A DNA stretch of 64,000 nucleotides from Elusimicrobia bacterium GWB2_63_16. Its GTDB lineage: Bacteria; Elusimicrobiota; Elusimicrobia; Elusimicrobiales; UBA9959. The DNA lies in NCBI GenBank assembly GCA_001799715.1, contig MGTZ01000038.1, positions 11,558 to 75,557 on the forward strand, given 5' to 3'. Below, piece by piece: positions 27,514 to 36,963 of the stretch. Below the pieces are notes generated by a model, which did not search any database, was not told the origin of the DNA, and saw only the letters and a list, made by a program, of their open reading frames with translations. Numbering within the stretch: position 1 is the first letter of the stretch; every line of letters starts with the position of its first letter. Both the position numbers and the translations under genes were made by a program.

Positions 27514-28463
27514 ATAAAGTCCGGGCCGGGACCTGTTTTACCCAGGAGATAATCGGCAATCCCCGCCGCGTATGCGCGCGCTCTGGTAAAATTATCCGGA
27601 GTACCGATCCTGAGCAGCAACCATAGGATATCCTTAGCGAAGCCATATAAAAGACGGGGCGGCGCGGAGGGGGCGTGTCTGGACGCGAAAAGCAGCTGGG
27701 CTCGCGTCTTATGATATATTTTTAGCGGTGAATTCTCGCCGCCGCCTGACAATGAAACTCGGTGAAAGACCGTAGCTGCAGTAACTACCAGGGGCCGATA
27801 ACCAGCCCGGATAGCGCGCAGCCCCCAGTCCGCATCTTCCCAGTACAGGAAATACCGCTCATCCATCAGCCCCACTTTTTCCATGAAGCCCCGACCAAAG
27901 AGAAGAGCACAGCCGCTAATGAAATCCGTTGGCAGGAGATCAGATCCTGAACGGCTCGCAATTTCCTGGCCGGCCGAATAGAAAGAGAAAGAAGCGTTAA
28001 TTGGATTAAAAGTTGCCCCGGAAAACCATATCCGTCGCGGCGAAGAAGAGTATAAGATGCGGGGCCCAACTATTCCGGCCTCCGGATGCTCCAGCGCGGC
28101 CGAGACAAGTGTTTGCAGCGCCCCGGGCACAAGCTCGGCATCGTCGTTCAGCAGAAAGATGTAGTCGGCGCCGCGCGCGAACGCTTCTTTTATACCCGGG
28201 TTATTGCCCGCAGCGAACCCGAGGTTAGAGCCTGTGAATATTACGCCGGCCAGGCGGGCAGTAACCTTCCGAAGCGAGTCCTCCAGTTCCTGGACGAAGG
28301 GGCCGTTGCGGACAACGATTATTTCCAGATTGCCATACCCGCATTTATCCAATGCCGCAAGGCAGGAGCGGAGTTCCGCAACAGAGCAGAGATTAAGAAT
28401 TACGGCGCACACCTTGGCTTCCCAGGCGCTCACTTGCCCACCCCCTTGGTAAGGATCGCGCAA
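27501..28463 (-). CDS. family 2 glycosyltransferase
   Basis: 320 aa. AVILNL, IIVVRNG, FLLNDDAEL. The 34-nt overlap with the upstream gene suggests the true start may be internal. Confidence 0.8.
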   Translation of the reverse strand: MRDPYQGGGQVSAWEAKVCAVILNLCSVAELRSCLAALDKCGYGNLEIIVVRNGPFVQELEDSLRKVTARLAGVIFTGSNLGFAAGNNPGIKEAFARGADYIFLLNDDAELVPGALQTLVSAALEHPEAGIVGPRILYSSSPRRIWFSGATFNPINASFSFYSAGQEIASRSGSDLLPTDFISGCALLFGRGFMEKVGLMDERYFLYWEDADWGLRAIRAGYRPLVVTAATVFHRVSLSGGGENSPLKIYHKTRAQLLFASRHAPSAPPRLLYGFAKDILWLLLRIGTPDNFTRARAYAAGIADYLLGKTGPGPDFIWKK

Positions 28464-29440
28464 GATACTCTCCCTCGTTTCCCCGATATGCGACGCTCAC
28501 CGGTCAAAGACTCTCTAACCGTACGATACCCCCCCGCGCCGCCAACCTTCTCGGCGAGGCGCTCCAGCCACCAGTCCATTGGCGGTGGTTGGAGCTTAAT
28601 GCACGGTTCACCATTTGAATCAAGGAAATGCCGCCTTGCATTCGCGGAAGGGAATATGGCGCGGTTCTCCCGCACATAATGCGCAGAGTAAAAACCGGAA
28701 AAATCAAAGAGTTCCAAATCGCACCCAAGGTGTCCGGAGATATACTCTAAAGATCTCTCTGAAAACCACCAGTAATGCACCGGAGGAAGATCTGTTTCCC
28801 AAACCGCGCCGTTGCGAGAAAAGGACCTGTTGGGAGTAGTGACCAATATCCTGCCAGAAGGCGATGCAACCTTCACGGCATTCTCCAGCAGGCTCCGCAC
28901 ATCAACGACATGCTCAACCAGTTGGTTGAGGATAACGACGTCGAACCCAGGGCCTTCATGCAACAGGTCTTCAAGGGAAGAACATACGAACAGTCGTCCG
29001 AACCTGGCTTCTGCCGTTTCAACAGCTTTGCGGGATACGTCTACCCCTTTTACGTCAAAGCCATCACGGTGCAGCGCATAAGTCAGATATCCCATCCCAC
29101 TCCCGACATCCAACACTTTCAGCTGTCTTCCAGAGCGCTCCCGTAAAGCCCTAAGGGTGACCGCCGTGGCCCAATACGACTCTTCCTTATTTGCAAGATA
29201 ATCTAGCGGTGAAGCCTGTTTCGCCACATTCTCGGCATAAGATAAATATCTTGAATACCCGGGGATACTTTTTATGCTCCTGTATATCCTTTCATAGATA
29301 GCCTCTCCTCCGGACATAGGCCATGAGAATTCAGCTCCGCATAAGCCGCAGTCATAGACGTCGAAGCGGGCCGGGGCCTGATACCCGGCAAGTCCCGCAT
29401 GCACGAGTACCGCGTCAGATCCGCATAATGGACACAGCAT
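28430..29440 (-). CDS. SAM-dependent methyltransferase with N-terminal zinc ribbon
   Basis: 336 aa. MLCPLCGS...CGLCG, VLDVGSGMGYLT, VVILNQLVEHV. Confidence 0.8.
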   Translation of the reverse strand: MLCPLCGSDAVLVHAGLAGYQAPARFDVYDCGLCGAEFSWPMSGGEAIYERIYRSIKSIPGYSRYLSYAENVAKQASPLDYLANKEESYWATAVTLRALRERSGRQLKVLDVGSGMGYLTYALHRDGFDVKGVDVSRKAVETAEARFGRLFVCSSLEDLLHEGPGFDVVILNQLVEHVVDVRSLLENAVKVASPSGRILVTTPNRSFSRNGAVWETDLPPVHYWWFSERSLEYISGHLGCDLELFDFSGFYSAHYVRENRAIFPSANARRHFLDSNGEPCIKLQPPPMDWWLERLAEKVGGAGGYRTVRESLTGERRISGKRGRVSCAILTKGVGK

Positions 29441-30716
29441 TATCTTTCCTTAAAACAGACTGCAGTTTAATCAGAATTAGTACTCCAAAAATGGCGAACC
29501 CGCCGAACAGACCATACATCAACCCAAGCGCTCCCTTACCTATACAGATCCAACTGAAAAATATTACCGCCCCCCCCCAGAGAGCGTTAGCCATAAAATT
29601 CTCCCACATCTCTCCCTGAGCCGTCCAGTATGCCACAACCGGGGACTGCAGCGCCTGCATGAACGTAACGGCCTGAGCCACGATAAAAACCCCCCAGCGG
29701 CCCCTGAAGCCATCTCCATACCATCCCATGATAAACGGACTGAACAATGAAAACACTACCATCAACAGGCTGCCGATCGCAAAGTTTATCTTTAGTGTAT
29801 GGAGTAGCTGGTTCCGACGGTCTTTTCCGCTTATCCCCGCCCCGCCGCCAGCCATGATCGGCAGAGTTACCTGCATCAGTATCGCAGGAACCGACAGCGA
29901 GAGCAGCCTCCATTGATTCGCAGCATTGAAGACGCCCAGCTCCGAGTATCCGTCAGGCTGATTTGCCAGCATGGCGCTGCAAGCCCATGCCACCGGGGAC
30001 ACCATGAGTCCGCTGAGCAGCGATGGCAATGTAAATTTCCACAATATCCACGCGTCCTTATGAAATCCGGAATAGCGGACATTTATCCCTGCCGCGCGCA
30101 ATTCGCTACGCAGCACCCAACTTCCGATCAAGCAGCCAGCCAGACCTACAAACAACAACCCGACCACAGCACCTGTCAACCCCCCGAGCAGCACACCTCC
30201 GACCATCAGCGGGAAATTCAGCAGGCCGGTAGCCAGATTGATCTTTGCTATACGTTTAAAGGCTTCGAGCCCGGATAGGGCGCCCACCTGCACCCCTGAC
30301 CAAGCTCCGAGAAGCAGCAGCGGAGCCGAAATGGACAAAAGTCCGGACAGGTGCGGCGCGCTCAAGACGCGCGATGCGATGTGATCGGAGAGAAAGACAA
30401 GCAGCATGGACATCAGCGCGCCCGTCAGCACCGAAACCGAGGAACAAAGCCCTATAAGTCTGCCGGCTCGTTCCGGATCTCCGTGCCTGAACTCTGCGAT
30501 ATGTTTCGTGACTGTCATGCCCAAACCGAACCCGGCGAAAACTGAAAACATCCCGACAGTGCCCTGTATGATGCTTAATTCTCCAAAACCTCTTCCACCG
30601 AGAACCCGGGCGATCAACACTGAAGCCAGCAGGCCGCAAAGGCGCGACGCTACAAGGCCGGCAAGTGACCAGAACGTACCGACAGCCAGCCTGGACAGGA
30701 GGGGTGAGGCGATCAT
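29415..30716 (-). CDS. Wzx-type oligosaccharide flippase (MOP superfamily)
   Basis: Multi-TM. N-terminus SLAGLVASRLCGLLASVLIARVLGGRGFGE. Start placed at Met22 (30716); the maximal ORF reaches 30779. Confidence 0.75.
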   Translation of the reverse strand: MIASPLLSRLAVGTFWSLAGLVASRLCGLLASVLIARVLGGRGFGELSIIQGTVGMFSVFAGFGLGMTVTKHIAEFRHGDPERAGRLIGLCSSVSVLTGALMSMLLVFLSDHIASRVLSAPHLSGLLSISAPLLLLGAWSGVQVGALSGLEAFKRIAKINLATGLLNFPLMVGGVLLGGLTGAVVGLLFVGLAGCLIGSWVLRSELRAAGINVRYSGFHKDAWILWKFTLPSLLSGLMVSPVAWACSAMLANQPDGYSELGVFNAANQWRLLSLSVPAILMQVTLPIMAGGGAGISGKDRRNQLLHTLKINFAIGSLLMVVFSLFSPFIMGWYGDGFRGRWGVFIVAQAVTFMQALQSPVVAYWTAQGEMWENFMANALWGGAVIFFSWICIGKGALGLMYGLFGGFAIFGVLILIKLQSVLRKDNAVSIMRI

Positions 30717-30930
30717 TCTATCCAACCAAGACTGAATGAACACAGGACAGCAAGAACACCTGCGGGCCGGTAGTTTCATGTTTATATCTTCCGCGTATTA
30801 TTCATGTAAGTATTTGATATTTCCGCATTTTACCGAGTGCCGCTTCGGCCCTGCTCTATGATAACAAAAAGAGTGGATTTTTATTTTTGAGCTGCAAACT
30901 GAATCGAGAACCAATCATTCGCCTGAATCT

Positions 30931-32358
30931 TCACTTAAAACAATATATCACGGCAGAGCCTCCTATGGAGGCGGCTGTCACAAGATTAGAAGACGGGGCA
31001 GTCAGCGCCATAATGCCTGGCGGATGCGCCTCGATCACGCAGCGCCCGGAAAGATTTTCAATCTTTATCGCTTCATTATATGGCTGAAGGAAATCAGTTT
31101 TATCCCGCTGATGATAATAAGGTTTATTAGGTTTTCGCATACTGTATCCAAGGAATTGCGCCCAGGCACCGTCAGCGTAAACACCGGCCGGCGCGCGCTT
31201 TTCCAGATAGTCGCCAGCTAACCGCAGCGGCGCAGCCTCACGCGTCTGGTAGGCGCTCATTTCCCGCGCGCCGATAAAGGAAGCGGCCAGCGCGAATCCC
31301 AGCACTGGCCAGGCTAGCCCGCGGCGCAATTCAGAGAGATAAGCGCCAGCCACGGCCAGGCCCGGGAACATGGCCATGGAAAGGAAACGCAGCTGCTTAT
31401 GCACAGGCTTATACGGTGACAGGGACGCGGGGCCGAATTCCAGATAGGCGAAAACCACGGCGAACCAAGCCAGCGGCAGCCAGATCTGTGCCAGCCGCTT
31501 CTTCATAGCGAAGCCTATCACCGCTGCCGCAAACAGATAGAAACTGACTCCGAACAATGCGAGCCCGTACAGGTCCAGCCCCAGCAGGCCACGCAGGTAA
31601 ACCAGGTGGCCCTCCGGGTAAACCGCCGTGTCGGCCGCGAGTTTAGTCAGTTGCGAATGCAGGCTGAACAGCGGACTGCCCGCCAGCGCGGCGCCAGCAA
31701 TCCAGTCCGGGACAAGGGCGGCGGCAAATCCCGCCGCTACGGCCAGGTGGGCCGGGCGAGGCCGCAACTTTATCAGCCAGGCCGCAAAGACCAGCAGCAT
31801 AATAGCGGAGTTGAGCCTGGTATGCCAGCCGAATCCCGCGGCAAGGCCGGAAAGCGCCAGAAGGCCGGCACCGCCCCAACTGCCCCCCTTTTTGGAACCC
31901 TTGAGAAAAAGCAGGGCCGCAAGCCCTGTCCACAAGGTCAGTATCTCCTCGGGATAGAGCATTGTCCCGTGCACCACGCTCAGCGGCAGGAAAGCCTGCA
32001 GGAACGCGGAGATGACCCCGGCGCGGCGATCAAAAAGTTCCCGTCCAATGAAATAAGCGAGGACCGTGTTGCAGAGCGAACAGAGGAATGGCCAGGCCGC
32101 GGCGGCATAAACCCCCTGCCCGAGGAGTTTGTGAAAGAGCGCGGCCGGATAAGTTACGAGATATCTAAAGCCGTAATAACCGGAGGCGTCCCCCAGCCTG
32201 AACACGCCTTCGGAAATGTCGGCGGCTATCCTGGCATAAGCGAACTCGTCATAACCGGTCAGGCCGCTGTAAAAGGCGACTCGCAACGCGGCGGCGCAAA
32301 GAACGGCGGCCGCCAGCGGCAGCGCGTCTTCGCGGGAACCATCAGGAGCTTTTGGCAA
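30931..32358 (-). CDS. GT-C glycosyltransferase, ArnT/PMT-like (GT39/83-type)
   Basis: 475 aa, polytopic. Early DEFAY acidic loop motif. Confidence 0.75.
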   Translation of the reverse strand: MPKAPDGSREDALPLAAAVLCAAALRVAFYSGLTGYDEFAYARIAADISEGVFRLGDASGYYGFRYLVTYPAALFHKLLGQGVYAAAAWPFLCSLCNTVLAYFIGRELFDRRAGVISAFLQAFLPLSVVHGTMLYPEEILTLWTGLAALLFLKGSKKGGSWGGAGLLALSGLAAGFGWHTRLNSAIMLLVFAAWLIKLRPRPAHLAVAAGFAAALVPDWIAGAALAGSPLFSLHSQLTKLAADTAVYPEGHLVYLRGLLGLDLYGLALFGVSFYLFAAAVIGFAMKKRLAQIWLPLAWFAVVFAYLEFGPASLSPYKPVHKQLRFLSMAMFPGLAVAGAYLSELRRGLAWPVLGFALAASFIGAREMSAYQTREAAPLRLAGDYLEKRAPAGVYADGAWAQFLGYSMRKPNKPYYHQRDKTDFLQPYNEAIKIENLSGRCVIEAHPPGIMALTAPSSNLVTAASIGGSAVIYCFK

Positions 32359-33724
32359 CCAGCTCCTCCATTTGGGCCATCTTCATGACTACGGCGGTAA
32401 GGAACCAGAAGGGCTCCATGATGCGGACGATGATGAAAGTATTGACCCCCGTAGACTGGAACAGGAGCCCGATGAGTCCTATAATATACCCGATCGAGAT
32501 AGCCCTGACGAACGGCTCCTGACTGCCGCGGTAGAGCCGCCAGGCTACTTTAAAGCAGACATAGATCATCCATATCCACAGCAGGAAACCGATCACGCCG
32601 GTCTCTCCGATCACCAGCGGCAGCTGGGCGTCCACCAGGCCCGTGCCCGTCACGCCGTTGCCGATAAGGATGTTCTTTGGCAGCCAGTAGAATACGCTGC
32701 GCTGCCAGGCCCGCACGCGCATGGCCGCGGATTCCTCCAGGCGTATCTCGCCGAACGGGGTCTGGAACGTATTGGTAGCGTAAACGCCGCTATAGGTGAT
32801 CTCTACCCTCTCCTTGGCGCGCTCCGCCAAAAACGGGGTCATAACCAGAGCGGCCATGCCGGCTAGGAAGACCCCTGTCAGGAAAAGTTTTCTTTTTTTA
32901 GACAGCAATACGGCCGCGGCCGCGGAAAAAGCCAGGCCGATATAGGAAGAGCGGGACAGGGTGAAGACGAAGGCCGGCATCATGGCCACCATCGCCGCGA
33001 AGGACCAGGCGAAGCTGCGCACCGGCATTTCCGAGATCACGCCGAAGATCAGGCCGAAGACCAGTATATAGTAGCCGCCCAGGGAGGCCGGCTCGGATTC
33101 ATCCGGTTTGCCCAGCGGCACCTCGAAAGGGGTGGTGGCGCGGGCCCCGGCGCCGGCATTCAGATAGTACCAGACCGCATAGACCGTTACTATGGCCGCC
33201 ACTATAGCCCCGTATTTGAGGTAGCGCCGCACGTCATCCTTGCTCTCGATGATATTGAAAGTCATGAAATACAGCAGGAAGTACTCCACGTATTTCAGCA
33301 CATAGAAGATGGAGACTTCCCACCGCACCTTGCCGCCCAGCACCGCGAAGGCGGTGGAGAGCACGCAGACCATCGTGTAGAGAAGGATAGGGTTCTGCAC
33401 CGGGCTGCGAAAGACCAGCGGCTTGTCCTTTAGGATGGCCGTCTTGGCGAACCAGGAGAGGAACAGGACTATCAGGATGATGTCGTCGTAACGCAGAACA
33501 ATGTCGCGGCTGGTGCCCGAGAGGCCGGCCAGGTTGATCTCCGGCGACAGCAGCATGGCGAACACCAGCACCGTAAGGCCCGATTTCGGGGAAAGGAAAG
33601 CCAGCAGGATGGAAACAAAAGCGGCGCCCAGGGCCAGCGCCGGGGCCACGTTGGCACCGCCGCCGGCCAGGTGGCCGGCGAAGGCTGCTACCACCAGCGC
33701 TATGAGGACCAGTATTACCTGCAT
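32342..33724 (-). CDS. O-antigen ligase/polymerase (Wzy-like) membrane protein
   Basis: 460 aa, about 11 TM with a large loop in the C-terminal third. Position next to wzc/wza. Confidence 0.7.
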   Translation of the reverse strand: MQVILVLIALVVAAFAGHLAGGGANVAPALALGAAFVSILLAFLSPKSGLTVLVFAMLLSPEINLAGLSGTSRDIVLRYDDIILIVLFLSWFAKTAILKDKPLVFRSPVQNPILLYTMVCVLSTAFAVLGGKVRWEVSIFYVLKYVEYFLLYFMTFNIIESKDDVRRYLKYGAIVAAIVTVYAVWYYLNAGAGARATTPFEVPLGKPDESEPASLGGYYILVFGLIFGVISEMPVRSFAWSFAAMVAMMPAFVFTLSRSSYIGLAFSAAAAVLLSKKRKLFLTGVFLAGMAALVMTPFLAERAKERVEITYSGVYATNTFQTPFGEIRLEESAAMRVRAWQRSVFYWLPKNILIGNGVTGTGLVDAQLPLVIGETGVIGFLLWIWMIYVCFKVAWRLYRGSQEPFVRAISIGYIIGLIGLLFQSTGVNTFIIVRIMEPFWFLTAVVMKMAQMEELVAKSS

Positions 33725-33754
33725 GTAGTGTCGCGGGAGCGGAGCCGCGGGCCG

Positions 33755-35611
33755 TCAGCGGCTCACGTAGTTCTTGTAATCGTAATAATAGTTGCCGTAC
33801 TGCGGGCCCATCTCGGAGGCGCGCACGCCGTTGAGGACTACGCCCACCATGCGGGCGTTGGCCCCGCCGATCTGCTCCTTGGCGCGCTTGAGCGCGCCGC
33901 GTGCGATCTTGCCGGCCTTGTAGACCAGCACCACGCCGTCGGAGGCGTGCTTGGCGAGCATCAGCGAGTCGGCGAACAGCAGCACCGGCGGCGCGTCGAA
34001 GATGATCAGGTCGAACTCGCTCTTCAGGTCGGGCATCAGCTCGCGCCAGTTGGCCGAGTCCAGGATGTCTATCACGTTATCGGGCTGGGTGCCGCAGTTG
34101 AGGATCTTGAGGTTCTCTATGCCGGGAAAGCGCATCAGCTGGTCGTAGTCCAGGCCGCCCATGATGAAGTCGGCGCTCTCCAGCACTACGTCGCGCCACT
34201 CGCTGCGGCCGGTCAGCACGTCGCTGAGGCCCGGCTCTTTGCGCGTGCCGAAGATCTGGTTGATGGCCGGGCGCCGCAGGTCGGCGTCAATGAGCAGCGT
34301 ACGCATGCCCGAGTGCGCGCTGGCCAGGGCGAAGTTGACGGCGGTGAGGGTCTTGCCCTCCGCGGCGCCGGCGGAGCTGAACACCAGCGAGACGCTCTCC
34401 TTGGTGTTGAGCTGCGACATGATGTTGGTGCGCAGGGTGTGGTAGGACTCTATGATGCCGGTGGCGTAGCGGCGGTTGACCACGAGCACGCTGCGGAAAG
34501 CGTCCACCGTGTAGCGCTCCTTCTTGAACACCTGCGTCAGCCAGTTATCCAGGTGTTTCTCGCTGAGGATGTTGGGGATGATGCCCAGCACCGGCAGTTT
34601 GATGAAATTCTCGATGTCCTCGATGGTGGATATGGAGACGTCGAGGTTCTCCAGCAGGAACACCAGCACCACGGCCAGGAACACGCCCAGCACGGAGCCG
34701 GCCATCATGTTCAGGGCGCGGTTGGGCGACACCGGCGCCTGGTCCGGCACCGGCTTGTTGACCACGCTGACGAAAGAGACTATGGACGAGACGCCCAGCT
34801 TGGCTTCCTCGTACTGCTTGTTCAGCGTGGTGTAGAGGTCCTCCTGCATGCGCAGCTCGCGGCTGATGCGGGCCAGCTGCACTTCCTGCGCGGGGATCTC
34901 CTCCAGCTTGGACTGCACCACGTCGATGCGCTGGTCCAGGCTCAGCACGTCGGGATGGTTGGGCGTGTACTTCTCCAGCATCTGGCGCTTGCGTATCTCC
35001 AGGTCGGCCAGCTGGTTGGCCAGCGCGGAGCCCAGGCCGGTCCGCGGGTTGCGCTCCACGAAATTCTGCTTCTGCCGCTCCAGCGAGCGCAGGTTCTCCT
35101 CCACCTCGTCCTTGCGCGACGAGATGTCCTGCAGCGTCTTGCGGGCCTGCAGGCTCTTCTGCTCCAGGTCGAATTCCTTGTAGGCGTCTATCACGGCCGT
35201 CGCGATGTTCGCGGCGCGCTCCGGGTCGCTGCTGAAGGCGTAAAGGGCTATCAGGTTGGATTCCTGCAGGCGTTCCACCTTGTAGGAGCGGGACACCTCG
35301 TTTATCGAAGCGGCTCCGGAGGGCAGGCCCAGCTTGGCGGCGGCGCGCTCGGAGATCTCCGACGAGGTTATCACTTTGAGTTCCGTGGCCACGGCGCTCC
35401 ACGGGTCGTAATCCATCAGGTCGGCGCCCGGCATCTTGGCGTAGGAGGCCGGCGGCTTTATCTTGATGAGCGACTGGCTGCGGTACACCGTCGGCTGCAG
35501 CCGGGTGTAGAACATCGTGGAGAAGATCGTGACGGCGAAGACCAGCAGCGCCACCCATTTGCGGCGGTTGATGATGCGCCAGTAATCGTACAGCGTCAGT
35601 TCGGATTCCAT
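33755..35611 (-). CDS. polysaccharide co-polymerase / tyrosine autokinase (Wzc, BY-kinase)
   Basis: 618 aa. Wzz-like N-terminus with 2 TM and a coiled coil. Walker A SAGAAEGKT, A' LLIDADLRRP, B LIIFDAPP. C-terminal Tyr cluster YGNYYYDYKNY. Confidence 0.9.
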   Translation of the reverse strand: MESELTLYDYWRIINRRKWVALLVFAVTIFSTMFYTRLQPTVYRSQSLIKIKPPASYAKMPGADLMDYDPWSAVATELKVITSSEISERAAAKLGLPSGAASINEVSRSYKVERLQESNLIALYAFSSDPERAANIATAVIDAYKEFDLEQKSLQARKTLQDISSRKDEVEENLRSLERQKQNFVERNPRTGLGSALANQLADLEIRKRQMLEKYTPNHPDVLSLDQRIDVVQSKLEEIPAQEVQLARISRELRMQEDLYTTLNKQYEEAKLGVSSIVSFVSVVNKPVPDQAPVSPNRALNMMAGSVLGVFLAVVLVFLLENLDVSISTIEDIENFIKLPVLGIIPNILSEKHLDNWLTQVFKKERYTVDAFRSVLVVNRRYATGIIESYHTLRTNIMSQLNTKESVSLVFSSAGAAEGKTLTAVNFALASAHSGMRTLLIDADLRRPAINQIFGTRKEPGLSDVLTGRSEWRDVVLESADFIMGGLDYDQLMRFPGIENLKILNCGTQPDNVIDILDSANWRELMPDLKSEFDLIIFDAPPVLLFADSLMLAKHASDGVVLVYKAGKIARGALKRAKEQIGGANARMVGVVLNGVRASEMGPQYGNYYYDYKNYVSR

Positions 35612-36300
35612 TAGTCGTTATTCCTTGCCACCAGGCCGGCGGTTATCGCGAAGACGAAAAGGGTAGCCCACGGCACCACGTTGTCGGTGACCCAGCGCGC
35701 GGCGGCCGAGTAGGGCTTGCGCGGGATATAGACGATGTCGCCGGTGACGAGCGGGATATTGCTCTCCATCTTGCCTTCGAAAACGTCCTCGAGGTTGGCC
35801 TTTAGTACCACCTCGGTAACCTTGTCCCCGTCCTTGAGCTTGCGGTAGATGCGCACCTTGGCGTCGCGCGAGTAGTCGGCGGTGCCGCCGGCCAGCGCCA
35901 CCAGGTCCAGCAGGCGCATGCCCTCGCGGAATTCATGATAGCCGGGCGACTTCACCTGGCCTATCAACGCCACCCTGTTGAACGAGAACCTGCGCACGTT
36001 GAGCGTGATGGACGGGTTGGAGACGTACTTGGAGAACTTGGCGGTGAGCATCTTCTCCAGCTCGCCGGGCTTTATGCCCTGCGCCCGCATGGAGCCGAGC
36101 AGCGGTATCTCTATGGTGCCGTCGGGCTGTACCGTGACCTCTTTGGAAAATTCCTGCGCGGGGAAGACGTTGACGCTGATAACGTCTCCGGCCTCTATGA
36201 AATATTCCTTCTCCGCGGCGGCCGCTTCCAGGGCCGAGGCGGGCACCGAGCCCAGCAGCAGCAGGGCGGACAGGGCTATGGATATGATTTTCATAGTCAA
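35611..36300 (-). CDS. polysaccharide export protein (Wza-like, Poly_export + SLBB)
   Basis: 229 aa. Signal peptide, GDVISVNVF, PDGTIEIPLLG, GDIVYIP. 1-nt overlap with wzc. Confidence 0.85.
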   Translation of the reverse strand: MTMKIISIALSALLLLGSVPASALEAAAAEKEYFIEAGDVISVNVFPAQEFSKEVTVQPDGTIEIPLLGSMRAQGIKPGELEKMLTAKFSKYVSNPSITLNVRRFSFNRVALIGQVKSPGYHEFREGMRLLDLVALAGGTADYSRDAKVRIYRKLKDGDKVTEVVLKANLEDVFEGKMESNIPLVTGDIVYIPRKPYSAAARWVTDNVVPWATLFVFAITAGLVARNND

Positions 36301-36327
36301 ATTATATATATATTTGCGGTTATTATC

Positions 36328-36963
36328 TTATTTATTTCCGCCTTCCACGGCCTTGGACAGGCTTTTTACCAGGATGCGCAGTTCGTCCACTTTCTGCTCC
36401 AGCTCGCGGTCCCCGGCGCCTCCGGACTGGGTCTGGGGGTGCGCTCCGCCCGATACGGCCCTCGAACTGAGCACTTCGACGCGCTTGGACAGCGCGTCTA
36501 CCCGCTCTATCAGGCCGTTAGACTCCTGAGCCGGGCGCTGCGAATTCAGCACCAGCCTGAAGATAGCGACGGCCATGACCAGCGAGAAGAGCGAAAAAAT
36601 GGCGATGCCGGCTATGACCAGGTATTCAAAGCCGGCCAGCACGCCGCCCAGCGCGGCCGTCAGTGAACCCAGCATACCGAACAGTATGGTCTCCTTTATC
36701 TCGGCCCAGGCCGTGCCGGACAGCTTGTCTGCCGCTTCGGGCCGGGTCTCGGGAAGCCTGTACGGCCTGTTCATCCCCTCGCGCCGCACGCCCGCCGGCG
36801 CCGGGCCGGGACCGGTACCCGGCCGATAAGCCGGCGGCCGGCCGGACGGCTCTGACTGGCCCGCCTCGGGAAACCGGCCTTCGGACAGCCTGTCCCCGGG
36901 CAGCGGCCCCACCTCGCCTTTCAGGCGCTCCAGCAAGTCCTTCAGATCTTTGGTGCCGCTCAT
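36328..36963 (-). CDS. hypothetical membrane protein: Pro-rich N-terminus, two adjacent TM helices, C-terminal coiled coil
   Basis: 211 aa. ATGA overlap with the upstream gene. Hydrophobic block ILFGMLGSLTAALGGVLAGFEYLVIAGIAIFSLFSLVMAVAIF. 27 nt upstream of wza. Confidence 0.65.
   Translation of the reverse strand: MSGTKDLKDLLERLKGEVGPLPGDRLSEGRFPEAGQSEPSGRPPAYRPGTGPGPAPAGVRREGMNRPYRLPETRPEAADKLSGTAWAEIKETILFGMLGSLTAALGGVLAGFEYLVIAGIAIFSLFSLVMAVAIFRLVLNSQRPAQESNGLIERVDALSKRVEVLSSRAVSGGAHPQTQSGGAGDRELEQKVDELRILVKSLSKAVEGGNK

Noticed and set aside
33671-35614. 647-aa plus-strand ORF
   Set aside because: Antisense to the Wzc BY-kinase, which has clear Walker motifs and a Tyr cluster. Shadow ORF.
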